Assembly: GCA_902727945.1 (NCBI GenBank) | Contig: CACVAV010000112.1 | Coordinates: forward strand, 1-34,232 | Direction of reading: 5' to 3' | DNA: 34,232 nt | Origin: an uncultured Thiotrichaceae bacterium | Lineage (GTDB): Bacteria; Pseudomonadota; Gammaproteobacteria; Thiotrichales; Thiotrichaceae | Shown: piece by piece, positions 16,955 to 27,189 of the stretch | Position numbering within the stretch: the first letter of the stretch is position 1 | Layout of the letters: every line of letters starts with the position of its first letter | Position numbers and translations under genes: made by a program | Notes under the pieces: model-generated | The model's database searches: none | What the model was told of the DNA's origin: nothing | The model's input: the letters and a program-made list of their open reading frames with translations, nothing else

Positions 16955-17051
16955 TCCTTGATTTTTTTCTCTCCATAATAAATTCTATGAGAAATTCCTT
17001 GCTTATTTATTGCCAAGTTCCTGCTGTTTAAGGGGTTTTTCCCTTATTTTA

Positions 17052-17080
17052 TTGACAGTGTGGGGAAGAGTTTCTATCAT
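17052..17080 (+). promoter_or_regulatory. sigma70 promoter of the dcw cluster
   Basis: TTGACA (17052-17057), 17 bp spacer, TATCAT (17075-17080). Confidence 0.8.
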
Positions 17081-17090
17081 TTGGGTATTA

Positions 17091-17116
17091 GTGGCGAAAA
17101 GTGGTGGAAAGTGGTT
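17091..17116 (+). promoter_or_regulatory. MraZ binding repeats
   Basis: GTGGCG-AAAA-GTGGTG-GAAA-GTGGTT: three GTGG boxes at a 10-bp period upstream of mraZ, plus another GTGG in the promoter spacer. Confidence 0.8.
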
Positions 17117-17161
17117 TATTTTGTCTTTCGGTGGGCCGGGAAGGTGAATCACTCAATATAA

Positions 17162-17620
17162 ATGTTTCGTGGTATATCGAATATCTCAATTGATGTAAAA
17201 GGCCGTCTGTCTATGCCGGCGAAGTATCGTGAAGCCATTGCGGAAAGTGCGGCGGGGCAAATCGTCGTCACTGTTGATCATATGGATAAGTGCCTGTTGG
17301 TCTACCCGATGGATCATTGGGAAAAAGTTGAGCGTACCTTGATGGGCCTGCCAAACATGAATCGTCGGGTGCGTAATATGCAGCGCCTGATTCTGGGGCA
17401 TGCTGCGGAATTAGAGTTGGATGGACAGGGACGTATATTATTGCCTGCGCCTTTACGTGATTATGCCGGATTGGGTAAGAAAGCAGTGTTAGTGGGTCAG
17501 GCAACAAAATTTGAATTGTGGGATGCAGATGTTTGGGCAGAGGCCCGTGATAGCTGGCTAGAAGAGGCTCAGTCTGATGATGATGAGGCGAATGCACTTC
17601 TTGACCAGGTTTCTATGTAA
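17162..17620 (+). CDS. mraZ: Transcriptional regulator MraZ
   Basis: MFRG..IDVKGRLSMPAKYR, CLLVYP, LDGQGRILLP, FELWD. Confidence 0.98.
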   Translation: MFRGISNISIDVKGRLSMPAKYREAIAESAAGQIVVTVDHMDKCLLVYPMDHWEKVERTLMGLPNMNRRVRNMQRLILGHAAELELDGQGRILLPAPLRDYAGLGKKAVLVGQATKFELWDADVWAEARDSWLEEAQSDDDEANALLDQVSM

Positions 17621-18582
17621 TGCAGCCTGAATCGCTATTTGATCATGAAACCGTGCTGCTTGGCGAAGCGGTTCTGGCACTTGATATAAAGCCCTCTGGT
17701 GTGTATGTCGATGGTACCTACGGTCGGGGTGGGCACTCTGAACGAATTCTTTCTCAACTGGGTAATGCTGGTCGCCTGGTAGTGGTTGATAAAGATCCTG
17801 AAGCGATTGCGGATGCGCAAGCGAAGTATGCCTCAGATAGCCGGGTAAGTGTCTGGCAGGGTTCGTTCCGTGATTTTTCGGTGGCGGTGACAGCTGCTGG
17901 TGTTGAGAGTGGTAAAATTGATGGTTTATTGTTAGATCTGGGTGTGTCATCGCCTCAGTTAGATGATGCAAGTCGCGGTTTCAGCTTCATGCGTGAAGGT
18001 GGGCTGGATATGCGAATGAACCCCGATGAAGGTGTCAGTGCTGCTCAATGGTTGTTTGAGAGTACTGAAAAAGAAATAGCTGATGTTTTGTGGCGATATG
18101 GTGAGGAGCGGTTTTCCAAACGTATAGCCCGGGCAATCAAATCCAAGTGTGCGGAAAAGGAAAAGCCGCTGGAGACCACTTTGGAGTTAGCTGACCTGAT
18201 TGTGGCAGCAACTCCCAATAAACGTGAGCCAGGTAAGCACCCTGCCACACGGAGTTTTCAGGCTATACGTATAAAAATAAATCAGGAGCTGGAAGATGTT
18301 GAGCAGTGTTTGCATCGTGCAGTTGATTCACTATTACCGAATGGGCGCTTGGTCGTGATTAGTTTTCATTCTCTGGAAGATCGGGTCGTTAAGCACTTTA
18401 TGCGGGATATGTCCCGTACTCCCCGTTTACCCAAAGGGTTGCCCGTTCCTGATTCAGAAATTCCGGCGCGTATGCGTTTAATCGGTAAAGCATCAAAAGC
18501 ATCACAGGGTGAGGTGTCGGTTAATCCCCGCTCCCGTAGTGCGATTATGCGTGTTGCTGAAATGAACGCACCGGCGGTTTGA
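17620..18582 (+). CDS. rsmH: 16S rRNA m4C1402 methyltransferase
   Basis: HETVLL, DGTYGRGGHS, DLGVSSPQLD, HPATRSFQAIRI, NPRSRSA. Confidence 0.98.
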   Translation: MQPESLFDHETVLLGEAVLALDIKPSGVYVDGTYGRGGHSERILSQLGNAGRLVVVDKDPEAIADAQAKYASDSRVSVWQGSFRDFSVAVTAAGVESGKIDGLLLDLGVSSPQLDDASRGFSFMREGGLDMRMNPDEGVSAAQWLFESTEKEIADVLWRYGEERFSKRIARAIKSKCAEKEKPLETTLELADLIVAATPNKREPGKHPATRSFQAIRIKINQELEDVEQCLHRAVDSLLPNGRLVVISFHSLEDRVVKHFMRDMSRTPRLPKGLPVPDSEIPARMRLIGKASKASQGEVSVNPRSRSAIMRVAEMNAPAV

Positions 18583-18583
18583 T

Positions 18584-18856
18584 ATGGGGCGTTGGGAATT
18601 TGGGGGGGTAGCTGCTCTCTATGTGTTGGTGGTAGTCATGGCGGTGATGGTGGTGGCCAACCGGCACCATGCGCGACAGCTTTTTGTGGAATACCAGCAA
18701 CTGGAAAAAGAACGGGATGTATTGAATGCCAGCTGGAGTCGTTTGACACTGGAGCGTAGTACCCGCCTTAATCAGGTTTATGTCGAACGTCGCGCCAAGC
18801 GTGAATTAGGTATGAATAAACCTTCATCTGACAACATCAGGATTATCAGAGAATGA
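18584..18856 (+). CDS. ftsL: Cell division protein FtsL
   Basis: Single TM plus coiled coil (RQLFVEYQQLEKERDVL..W.RLTLE), between rsmH and ftsI. Confidence 0.93.
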   Translation: MGRWEFGGVAALYVLVVVMAVMVVANRHHARQLFVEYQQLEKERDVLNASWSRLTLERSTRLNQVYVERRAKRELGMNKPSSDNIRIIRE

Positions 18857-20685
18857 GTCGTCGCAAAGTGGTATCACCTATTTTTCAGGGAAGACGTTTT
18901 TTCCTGATGCTGGCGTTGATCTCCGTAATTGGGGTGCTGATGCTGCGTGCTGCCTGGTTAGAAGTTTATCAGCAGGAGATGCTTCAGGAGCAAGCAGGTA
19001 AGCGTCAGAACAGGATAGTCTCTGTTGCAGCTTACCGTGGGATGATTACTGACCGCAATGGCGAGCCAATGGCGGTTTCTTCTCCGGTGGAGTCCTTGTG
19101 GTGTAACCCAAAAAAATTATTGGCCGTCTATAAAGAGCTGCGTGACGAGTTTGATGTTGCGACTCAACAGGCGGCTGAGGCTGAGGACGAAGATGCCTCT
19201 GCCAGTGCTCACGTGGCCGGTTTGCGTTTTACTAAGCTCAAGGAGGGTTTGGGGCGGATTGAGGAGGTGCTGGAGCTGGAGGCTGGTGAGTTGCTGGATA
19301 AGCTGGAAGGTGCTGGTGATAAACACTTTTTTTATCTGGGACGGCATTTGCCGCCTGAGCTGGCTGATGAAGTGTTGGAATTGGATTTGCCCGGCGTTGC
19401 GAGTACCTCTGAATACCGCCGTTTTTACCCTTTAGCTGAAACATCCGGTCACGTGGTCGGAATGACTAATATTGATGGTGTCGGGCTTGAGGGCGTGGAA
19501 AAAGCCATGAACGACCATCTGGCTGGTCGCAATGGTAAGAAACGTGTGGTGCTGGATGGCCGCAGGCGGGTTATTGAAAATATTGAAAGTATTGAAGATA
19601 TGGTGCCAGGGCAATCGGCACAGCTGAGTATTGATCAGCGCATTCAGTACATGGCTTACAAAGCGCTAAAAACTCAGGTTTACAAGCTCAAGGCACAGGC
19701 CGGTTCTCTGGTAGTGTTGGACGCGCGCAGTGGCGAAATTCTGGCGATGGCAAACCTGCCATCATTTAACCCCAATAACCGTAAGCAGCTTGAGGCTTAC
19801 CGCTACCGGAATCGTGCAGTCACCGATAAGTTTGAACCGGGTTCAACATTAAAGCCGCTGACGATTGCTGCTGCCTTAGAGGCCAGAGTGATCGGTGCTG
19901 ATGTTGAAATAAATACTTCGCCGGGTCATCTGACTTTTGGTAAGTATACGATAAGAGATCCGGGGAACTATGGTTCACTTTCGTTGGGCGCGATTCTGTC
20001 GAAGTCCAGTAATGTGGGCGCCAGCCGTGTAGCCCTTCTGATGAATCCGCGTGATCACTGGATGTTTTTGAATCGTGTGGGTTTCGGGCGGGTGCCCAAT
20101 GCCGGGCTTTCCGGTGAGACCAGTGGTCAGTTAGGTAACTATAGTAAATGGGGCAAGGTTGACCGTGCTTCGCATGGTTATGGTTATGGTTTGTCAACCA
20201 GTTTGCTGCAAATTACTCATGCTTATTCGCCCTTCGCTGCTGATGGTAAATTGATGCCAGCCACCATTTACAAGCGTAATGAGCCTGTGCCGGGGCAACA
20301 AGTGATGTCCCGCGAAACTGCGCATACTGTTCTGAAGATGATGGAATCAGTGGTTCAGGAAGGTGGCACAGGTAAGCGCGCGATGGTGGATGGCTATCGG
20401 GTAGCCGGTAAGACCGGTACAGCCTATAAATACATCAATGGCAAGTACCGTAAAGATAAGTACCTCACCAGTTTTATCGGTATTGCGCCAGCCAGCCAGC
20501 CAAGGTTAGTGGTTGCTGTGCAGATTGATGAGCCTAAGCTGGATAGCAGTGGTGGTCGTGCTGCTGCGCCGGTATTTTCTAAAGTGATGACTGAATCTCT
20601 CCGCTTGTTGGATGTTCCGCCGGATGATTTGCCGGAAGTGAAACAGGCTGAAACGATGACCTCAACAAAGGAGGGTGCTACATGA
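18853..20685 (+). CDS. ftsI: Peptidoglycan D,D-transpeptidase FtsI (PBP3)
   Basis: RGMITDRNG, EPGSTLK (SxxK), KSSN (SxN), KTGT. Confidence 0.97.
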   Translation: MSRRKVVSPIFQGRRFFLMLALISVIGVLMLRAAWLEVYQQEMLQEQAGKRQNRIVSVAAYRGMITDRNGEPMAVSSPVESLWCNPKKLLAVYKELRDEFDVATQQAAEAEDEDASASAHVAGLRFTKLKEGLGRIEEVLELEAGELLDKLEGAGDKHFFYLGRHLPPELADEVLELDLPGVASTSEYRRFYPLAETSGHVVGMTNIDGVGLEGVEKAMNDHLAGRNGKKRVVLDGRRRVIENIESIEDMVPGQSAQLSIDQRIQYMAYKALKTQVYKLKAQAGSLVVLDARSGEILAMANLPSFNPNNRKQLEAYRYRNRAVTDKFEPGSTLKPLTIAAALEARVIGADVEINTSPGHLTFGKYTIRDPGNYGSLSLGAILSKSSNVGASRVALLMNPRDHWMFLNRVGFGRVPNAGLSGETSGQLGNYSKWGKVDRASHGYGYGLSTSLLQITHAYSPFAADGKLMPATIYKRNEPVPGQQVMSRETAHTVLKMMESVVQEGGTGKRAMVDGYRVAGKTGTAYKYINGKYRKDKYLTSFIGIAPASQPRLVVAVQIDEPKLDSSGGRAAAPVFSKVMTESLRLLDVPPDDLPEVKQAETMTSTKEGAT

Positions 20686-22172
20686 TGTTGCTTTCCGCTT
20701 GTGTTGATTTTGAACTACCAGATACTCTGAAAAAGACAGAGGTATCTGGTTTTTCGTTAGATAACCGTCAAATTATTCCCGGCATGGTGTTTGTTGCTTT
20801 AAAAGGCACACAAACACACGGGCTGAAATATGCCGAAGCTGCCGTTCAGGCGGGTGCTTCTGCTGTTTTGTATGAACCGGAAGGTGCCGGTGTTATTCCG
20901 GCGTTATCTGTGCCGGTTCTGGCTGTTCCCGGTTTGGTTGATTGTTTGGGTGTGATGGCCGCACTTTTTTATGGACAACCCTCACGAGCCTTATCTGTGG
21001 TTGGTGTTACCGGCACAGATGGTAAAACATCGGTTACTCATTTTATCGCTGAGGCACAAAATGCCCTGAATACAAAGACAGCAGTGCTGGGTACGATCGG
21101 TATTGGTAAGCCCGGTGAGTTAGTCGCCGCGACACATACCACGCCCGATGCAGTGCAGGTACAGGCGCGATTACGCTCGCTGGCTGAACAGAGTTTTAAG
21201 TCGGTTGCGATGGAGGTGTCGTCACACGCACTGGATCAGGCGCGGGTGGCGGGTGTTGAGTTTGATATTGCCGTGCTGACTAATCTGACCCGTGATCATT
21301 TGGATTATCATGGTACGGTTGCCGCTTATGCAGCAGCGAAGCGGCGTTTGTTTCACTGGGATGGATTGAAGTGTGCCGTGTTGAATCTTGATGATGCGTT
21401 CGGTCGTGAATTGGCGGCAGAACTGACGGGGCAGGACTGTCAGGTCATTGCTTATGGTGTGGGTGATCCGGTGGATTATCCGGCGAATGCAGTGGTTGCC
21501 TCTGAAGTCCGTTTTGATCACAGCGGCATTACTGCAAAAATTGCTTCGCCGTGGGGATTGGGGGAGCTTCATGCCCCGGTGCTCGGGCGTTTTAATCTGG
21601 AAAATTTATTAGCTACCCTAGCTGTTTTATTGGCTCAGGGTATTGCGCTTTCTTCGGCCTTGACTGCGCTACAGCAAGTAAAAACTGTGCCAGGACGCAT
21701 GGAACGGGTGCAGGCACATAGCTCGCAGCAAGATATATTGGTGGTGGTGGATTATGCGCATACGCCGGGTGCATTGCAATCTGTGTTGAGTGCTTTGAAG
21801 GGACATGTCCGGCAACGCTTGATTTGCGTATTTGGCTGCGGCGGTGATCGTGATGCTGGTAAACGTCCCTTAATGGCAGCTATTGCTGAGCAATTGGCTG
21901 ATGTGGTGATTGTCACTGATGATAATCCCCGTACTGAGTCAGCGGAGCAGATATTTGCCGGTATTCGTGGTGGTTTTGATCATCCTGATGCAGTGGTTTT
22001 TGAACATAGTCGCGCTAAGGCCATCCGTCAGGCGATTGGTTTGGCGGCAGCAGGTGATGTAGTGCTGATTGCCGGAAAAGGCCACGAAACAGTACAGGTG
22101 GTTCAGCAGGAAAACATACCTTTTGATGATCGTGAGCAGGCGGCTATCGCGCTACAGGAGCGTGCAGCATGA
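20682..22172 (+). CDS. murE: UDP-MurNAc-dipeptide:meso-DAP ligase
   Basis: GVTGTDGKTS, MEVSSH, TRDHLDYH, DYAHTP, DNPR (meso-DAP specificity), AGKGHE. Confidence 0.98.
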   Translation: MMLLSACVDFELPDTLKKTEVSGFSLDNRQIIPGMVFVALKGTQTHGLKYAEAAVQAGASAVLYEPEGAGVIPALSVPVLAVPGLVDCLGVMAALFYGQPSRALSVVGVTGTDGKTSVTHFIAEAQNALNTKTAVLGTIGIGKPGELVAATHTTPDAVQVQARLRSLAEQSFKSVAMEVSSHALDQARVAGVEFDIAVLTNLTRDHLDYHGTVAAYAAAKRRLFHWDGLKCAVLNLDDAFGRELAAELTGQDCQVIAYGVGDPVDYPANAVVASEVRFDHSGITAKIASPWGLGELHAPVLGRFNLENLLATLAVLLAQGIALSSALTALQQVKTVPGRMERVQAHSSQQDILVVVDYAHTPGALQSVLSALKGHVRQRLICVFGCGGDRDAGKRPLMAAIAEQLADVVIVTDDNPRTESAEQIFAGIRGGFDHPDAVVFEHSRAKAIRQAIGLAAAGDVVLIAGKGHETVQVVQQENIPFDDREQAAIALQERAA

Positions 22173-23536
22173 CATGGCTGACGTTGTTTGAGCTGGCTGA
22201 TATGTGCGGTGGCGCGCTGCGCGGTATTACGGATGAGGCGGCAGGTGCATTAAACATCGTGCGTGTTGAACGTGATTCGCGTCAGGTAGCCGCAGGTGAC
22301 TTGTTTCTGGCATTGAAAGGTGAAAATTTCGATGCGCATGATTTTGTGCCTGATGTGGTTGGCCTCGCCAGTGCTACGCTGGTTGAACATTATGTAGAAG
22401 CTGATATTCCTCAGGTGGTTGTCAGCGATGTGCGTTACGCCATGGGGCAGTTGGGTGTCGCCTGGCGCAATTGTTTTAGCCGTCCGGTGATTGCATTGAC
22501 CGGCAGTAACGGCAAGACCACGCTGAAAGAAATGATTACGGCGATTTTATCAGAGAGTGGCAGCACGCATTCGACCCGTGGCAATCTGAATAATGATCTG
22601 GGTGTGCCATTGACCTTGTATGAATTGCGTCCGGGGCAGCACGATTATGCGGTCATTGAAATGGGAGCGAATCATTTTGGTGAAATTGAGTACCTGGCGA
22701 ATTTGGTCAGACCCGATGTGGCTGTGCTGAATAATGCCGGTGCTGCGCACCTGGAAGGTTTTGGTAGTGTGGCGGGTGTTGCCCGTGCGAAAGGGGAAAT
22801 TTTTTCGGGGCTGAGTGATGCTGCGGTTGCGATCATTAATGCCGATGATGATTATGCTGAGTATTGGCGTGAGCTGAATAAGTCGCGTCGTGTGATCAGT
22901 TTCGGTATGGATAATACGACTGCAAATGTAAAAGGCGTCAGTGGCAATAATGGTCTATTGTTGATGGGGTTTGAAAACCAGAGTGTCGAAGTAAATCTGC
23001 CTCTGTTAGGTAAGCACAACGCGATGAATGCGTTGGCTGCGGCTGCGGCTGTTTTGCCGTTGGGCATCAGGTTGGAGGCTGTGAAAGCCGGGCTTGAAAA
23101 ATTACAACCGGTTCAGGGGCGCTTGTGCCCTTTACGTGGTTCAGGCGGAGAATTAATAATAGATGACACCTATAACGCTAATCCAAGCTCTGCGCTGGCG
23201 GCGATACGGGTGTTAGCACAACAAAATGGACGGACGTTGCTGGTGCTGGGTGATATGGGTGAGTTGGGTGTGGACGGCATGGATATGCATGCTGAGATAG
23301 GGCGGCAGGCTGCGCTGTTGGGTATTGATGCTTTGTATGGCATCGGCGAAATGAGCGTAGCGGCTTGTGATGCTTTTGGTTCGGGTGCTGTTGCCTGTCA
23401 TGATATGGATGAATTGTTGAAGTTACTGAATACGTTACAGTTAAATGAGAATAATAGCGTATTGGTGAAAGGCTCCCGTAGCGCACGTATGGAGCGCGTG
23501 GTAGATGCCCTGGTTAAGCAGGAGGTAGCTGCCTGA
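22169..23536 (+). CDS. murF: UDP-MurNAc-tripeptide:D-Ala-D-Ala ligase
   Basis: [44 protein letters not shown]. Confidence 0.98.
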   Translation: MTWLTLFELADMCGGALRGITDEAAGALNIVRVERDSRQVAAGDLFLALKGENFDAHDFVPDVVGLASATLVEHYVEADIPQVVVSDVRYAMGQLGVAWRNCFSRPVIALTGSNGKTTLKEMITAILSESGSTHSTRGNLNNDLGVPLTLYELRPGQHDYAVIEMGANHFGEIEYLANLVRPDVAVLNNAGAAHLEGFGSVAGVARAKGEIFSGLSDAAVAIINADDDYAEYWRELNKSRRVISFGMDNTTANVKGVSGNNGLLLMGFENQSVEVNLPLLGKHNAMNALAAAAAVLPLGIRLEAVKAGLEKLQPVQGRLCPLRGSGGELIIDDTYNANPSSALAAIRVLAQQNGRTLLVLGDMGELGVDGMDMHAEIGRQAALLGIDALYGIGEMSVAACDAFGSGAVACHDMDELLKLLNTLQLNENNSVLVKGSRSARMERVVDALVKQEVAA

Positions 23537-24621
23537 TGCTAGTCCTGTTATTTGACTATCTGAGTCAGTTTTATAGCGGATTCAATGTGTTTCAGTACCT
23601 GACACTCCGGGCAATCATGGGCGTTGTTACCGCGCTATGTATTTCGCTTTGGTTCGGGCCGGGCATGATCCGCATGTTGACCCAGTTTAAAATTGGTCAA
23701 TATATCCGTGAAGAAGGGCCGGAAAGCCACCTGGTGAAAGCCGGTACACCTACTATGGGGGGTGTGCTGATCCTGATAGCTATTCTTGCATCAACATTAT
23801 TATGGGCTGATTTGAGTAACCGCTATACATGGGTGGTCATGGCTGTGACCGCCGGATTCGGTTTTATAGGTGGCCTGGATGATTACCTGAAACTGAAACG
23901 GCGGCAAAACCTGGGGTTGACCGCAAAACAAAAATACATTGGTTTGAGCCTGGTTGGTTTTTTGACGGCCTTTTATTTATTTTATTCAGCACCGTCAGTG
24001 ACAGAAACCACGCTTTATTTGCCAATCTTTAAAGAAGCACATGTCAATCTGGGTTGGCTGTTTATTCCCTGGGTTTATATCGTCATCGTGGGCGCAAGTA
24101 ATGCTGTTAATTTGACGGATGGCCTGGATGGTCTGGCGATTATGCCAACGATTCTGGTGGCGGGTGGCTTGGGTATTTTTGCCTATGTCAGCGGTCATGC
24201 CGTGATTGCAGATTATTTGGGTGTGCCAAAGGTTACCGGTGTAGGTGAGGTGGTCATCTTCTGCGGCGCGATTTTTGGTGCGGGCTTGGGTTTTCTCTGG
24301 TTTAACTCGTATCCGGCTCAGGTCTTTATGGGCGACGTGGGTGCGCTGGGCTTAGGTGCTGCACTGGGTATCATTGCCGTTGTGGTTCGCCAGGAAATTG
24401 TACTGGCCATTATGGGGGGTGTGTTTGTTCTGGAGGCCTTATCGGTGATTTTGCAGGTAGGTTATTTCAAAGCAAGCGGTGGTAAGCGGATTTTTCGCAT
24501 GGCGCCATTGCATCACCACTATGAAAAGAAGGGATGGCCTGAGCCTAAGGTGATTGTTCGTTTTTGGATCATTACGGTGGTATTGGTAATGATCGGTTTA
24601 GCTACATTGAAGGTGCGTTAA
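23536..24621 (+). CDS. mraY: Phospho-MurNAc-pentapeptide transferase
   Basis: [39 protein letters not shown]. Confidence 0.99.
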   Translation: MLVLLFDYLSQFYSGFNVFQYLTLRAIMGVVTALCISLWFGPGMIRMLTQFKIGQYIREEGPESHLVKAGTPTMGGVLILIAILASTLLWADLSNRYTWVVMAVTAGFGFIGGLDDYLKLKRRQNLGLTAKQKYIGLSLVGFLTAFYLFYSAPSVTETTLYLPIFKEAHVNLGWLFIPWVYIVIVGASNAVNLTDGLDGLAIMPTILVAGGLGIFAYVSGHAVIADYLGVPKVTGVGEVVIFCGAIFGAGLGFLWFNSYPAQVFMGDVGALGLGAALGIIAVVVRQEIVLAIMGGVFVLEALSVILQVGYFKASGGKRIFRMAPLHHHYEKKGWPEPKVIVRFWIITVVLVMIGLATLKVR

Positions 24622-24625
24622 GCAG

Positions 24626-25975
24626 ATGACTGTGCATGCTCACAATTTGGAAATGCTGATTGTTGGTCTTGGGCCAACCGGTCTTTCTGTTGCCCGGCAT
24701 TTGGGGCGGCAGGGGGTTGCATTTGCGGTGACTGACAGTCGTACTAACCCACCGGGTATGGAAGCTTTGCAGCGTGAATTCCCTGAAGCTCCCTGCGATT
24801 TTGGCGGTTTTAATGAAACCTTCTTTGCACCGGCGAAATGTTTGGTAGTGAGTCCGGGAGTAGCTGTGAGCACGCCAGTGATTAAGGCCGCCCATGAGCG
24901 CGGTGTCGAAATTATGGGTGATGTAGAGTTATTTGTGCGTGCAGCACAAGCACCGATTATTGCGATTACCGGCTCCAATGGTAAAAGCAGTGTTACCAAG
25001 CTGGTCGAGCTGATGGCACACAAGGCCGGAATGAGCTGCTACGCGATTGGTAATATTGGCCGCTTCGTGATGGACGTGTTGACTGATCCGGTACCGGATT
25101 TGTATGTCATGGAGTTATCCAGTTTTCAGCTGGAAACTACGCAATCGCTGCATGCGGTTTCTGCCACCGTATTGAATGTCTGTGAAGACCACCTGGATCG
25201 TTATGATAGTTTTGCAGCTTATGCAGCAGTTAAAGCGATTATTTTTCAGAATTGTGCGAATCCTGTGTTAAACCGCGAAGATGTGGTCGTTATGCAAATG
25301 GCTGATTCTGATGGTTTTAGTGGTATGGTAACCACCTTTGGGGCAGATGTGCCTGCTGAGGGGCAGTTCGGCATTCTGGAGCAAGCGGGTCGACGCTATT
25401 TTGCCAAAGGTTCGCGTTGTCTGATGGCCATTGATGAAATGCGTTTGCCCGGTGAGCACAATGCTGTTAATGCTTTAGCCGCGCTGGCTTTGGGTGAGCC
25501 TGCGGGTATTCCTGAGGCCGCTATGCTGGCCGCTATTCGTGAATTCAATGGTTTGCCGTATCGCACTGAATGGGTGCGTGAGCGTGCTGGCGTTAATTGG
25601 TTTAATGATTCTAAAGGTACCAATGTTGGCGCTACGGTGGCTGCACTGCAGGGATTGCCCGGAAAAACCGTGTTGATTGCCGGTGGAATGGGCAAAGGGG
25701 CTGATTTCTCTCCACTAACAAGTGTTGTTGCTGATCATGCCAGAGCAGTGGTGTTGATGGGTGAAGATGCTGGTTTGATGGCTGAAGTGATGCCGGAAAA
25801 TATGCTGGTTGTTAAAGCGGGTTCAATGCAGGAAGCGGTAAGCCTCTCTGCTGATTTAGCACAGGCCGGTGATAATGTTCTGCTTTCTCCTGCCTGTGCC
25901 AGTTTCGATATGTTTGCAAATTATATGCAGCGCGGTGATGTATTCGCTGAAGCGGTCAGGGAGTTGTCGGTATGA
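24626..25975 (+). CDS. murD: UDP-MurNAc-L-Ala:D-Glu ligase
   Basis: ITGSNGKS, ELSSFQL, DHLDRY, NDSKGTN, LLSPACASFD. Confidence 0.98.
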   Translation: MTVHAHNLEMLIVGLGPTGLSVARHLGRQGVAFAVTDSRTNPPGMEALQREFPEAPCDFGGFNETFFAPAKCLVVSPGVAVSTPVIKAAHERGVEIMGDVELFVRAAQAPIIAITGSNGKSSVTKLVELMAHKAGMSCYAIGNIGRFVMDVLTDPVPDLYVMELSSFQLETTQSLHAVSATVLNVCEDHLDRYDSFAAYAAVKAIIFQNCANPVLNREDVVVMQMADSDGFSGMVTTFGADVPAEGQFGILEQAGRRYFAKGSRCLMAIDEMRLPGEHNAVNALAALALGEPAGIPEAAMLAAIREFNGLPYRTEWVRERAGVNWFNDSKGTNVGATVAALQGLPGKTVLIAGGMGKGADFSPLTSVVADHARAVVLMGEDAGLMAEVMPENMLVVKAGSMQEAVSLSADLAQAGDNVLLSPACASFDMFANYMQRGDVFAEAVRELSV

Positions 25976-27189
25976 GAATTGCCCGCGACTTCGAATCGAT
26001 TAACTGGTCACGCTATGTTGACCGCGATTTACTACTGGCGCTGCTGGCACTGATTGGTATTGGCATTGTTATGTTGGGTTCGGCTTCACTTTGGGTGGCT
26101 GAACGCCAGTACGGTGATGCATTCCATTATTTGTACCGGCAGGTGGTATTTGTTGGTTTGGGGTCGCTGCTGGCGTTGGGTTTGTATCAGGTTAAAGTGA
26201 ATTTCTGGCAGAGCTTGGGTGTGAAGTTATTGCCGATAGTGCTGCTGCTGTTGGTGTTAGTGTTGATTCCCGGTGTCGGTACTGAGGTTAAGGGTAGTCG
26301 CCGTTGGTTGAGTCTGGGGCCTATTGCTATTCAGGTCTCTGAGCTGGTGAAGTTAATCATGATTATGTACCTGGCAGGTTATCTGGTGCGTCATGGCAAA
26401 AATCTGTCGGAGTCTCCCTCCTATCAGCCATTAATTATTCCCTTGTTTGTCTTGGGTCTGACGGGTGGTTTGTTATTGCTGGAGCCGGATTTTGGCTCGA
26501 CCGTAATCATTATCACCGTTGGCCTGGCCATGTTGTTTTTGGGTGGCGTGCCGATGAAACGGCTGGTGATTTTGTTTGTCGGTGCGGTGGTGGTGATGAT
26601 TCCGCTGGCGATGATGGGTTATCGCGGCGCGCGGATTGAGGCCTATCTTAATCCATGGGCTTTCGAGAGTGGCAAGGGTTATCAGATGGTACATGCACTG
26701 ATGTCGATTGGCGATGGCGGCTGGTTTGGTAATGGCCTGGGTGCTGGTGTGCAGAAATTATTTTATCTGCCGGAAGCGCATAACGATTTTATTTTTGCCG
26801 TATTAGCTGAAGAATTTGGTTTTATTGGCATGCTGGTGGTGCTGGCATTATTTGGTTGGTTGGTGTATCGCGCTTTTGCCATTGGCTTTCAGGCGGATAA
26901 ACAAGGGCAACACTTTGGTGCCTACCTCGCTTATGGTATTGGTTTTTGGTTGGGATTTCAGGTGATTTTGCATGTGGGTGTGAATCTGGCCGTGCTACCG
27001 CCTAAGGGATTGACCTTGCCGTTAATCAGTTATGGCGGCAGTAGTTTGCTGGTGACACTGATGTCGATGGCCTTATTAATGCGTGTACACCGTGATACGC
27101 AAATTAGTTTGTTTGGCACCACGCAAAAAAAGACAAGGCGTCGCAAGCCAGCGGCGGTAAAAAAAAAGGCGGTAACTAATGCAAGCTAG
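25972..27189 (+). CDS. ftsW: SEDS peptidoglycan polymerase FtsW
   Basis: GSRRWL, QVSELVK, EPDFG, LPEAHNDFIF, GLTLPLISYGGSS. Confidence 0.98.
   Translation: MRIARDFESINWSRYVDRDLLLALLALIGIGIVMLGSASLWVAERQYGDAFHYLYRQVVFVGLGSLLALGLYQVKVNFWQSLGVKLLPIVLLLLVLVLIPGVGTEVKGSRRWLSLGPIAIQVSELVKLIMIMYLAGYLVRHGKNLSESPSYQPLIIPLFVLGLTGGLLLLEPDFGSTVIIITVGLAMLFLGGVPMKRLVILFVGAVVVMIPLAMMGYRGARIEAYLNPWAFESGKGYQMVHALMSIGDGGWFGNGLGAGVQKLFYLPEAHNDFIFAVLAEEFGFIGMLVVLALFGWLVYRAFAIGFQADKQGQHFGAYLAYGIGFWLGFQVILHVGVNLAVLPPKGLTLPLISYGGSSLLVTLMSMALLMRVHRDTQISLFGTTQKKTRRRKPAAVKKKAVTNAS

Noticed and set aside
25551-25570. MurD GLPYR instead of the usual GLPHR
   Set aside because: A single substitution in an otherwise intact essential enzyme; no support for altered function.
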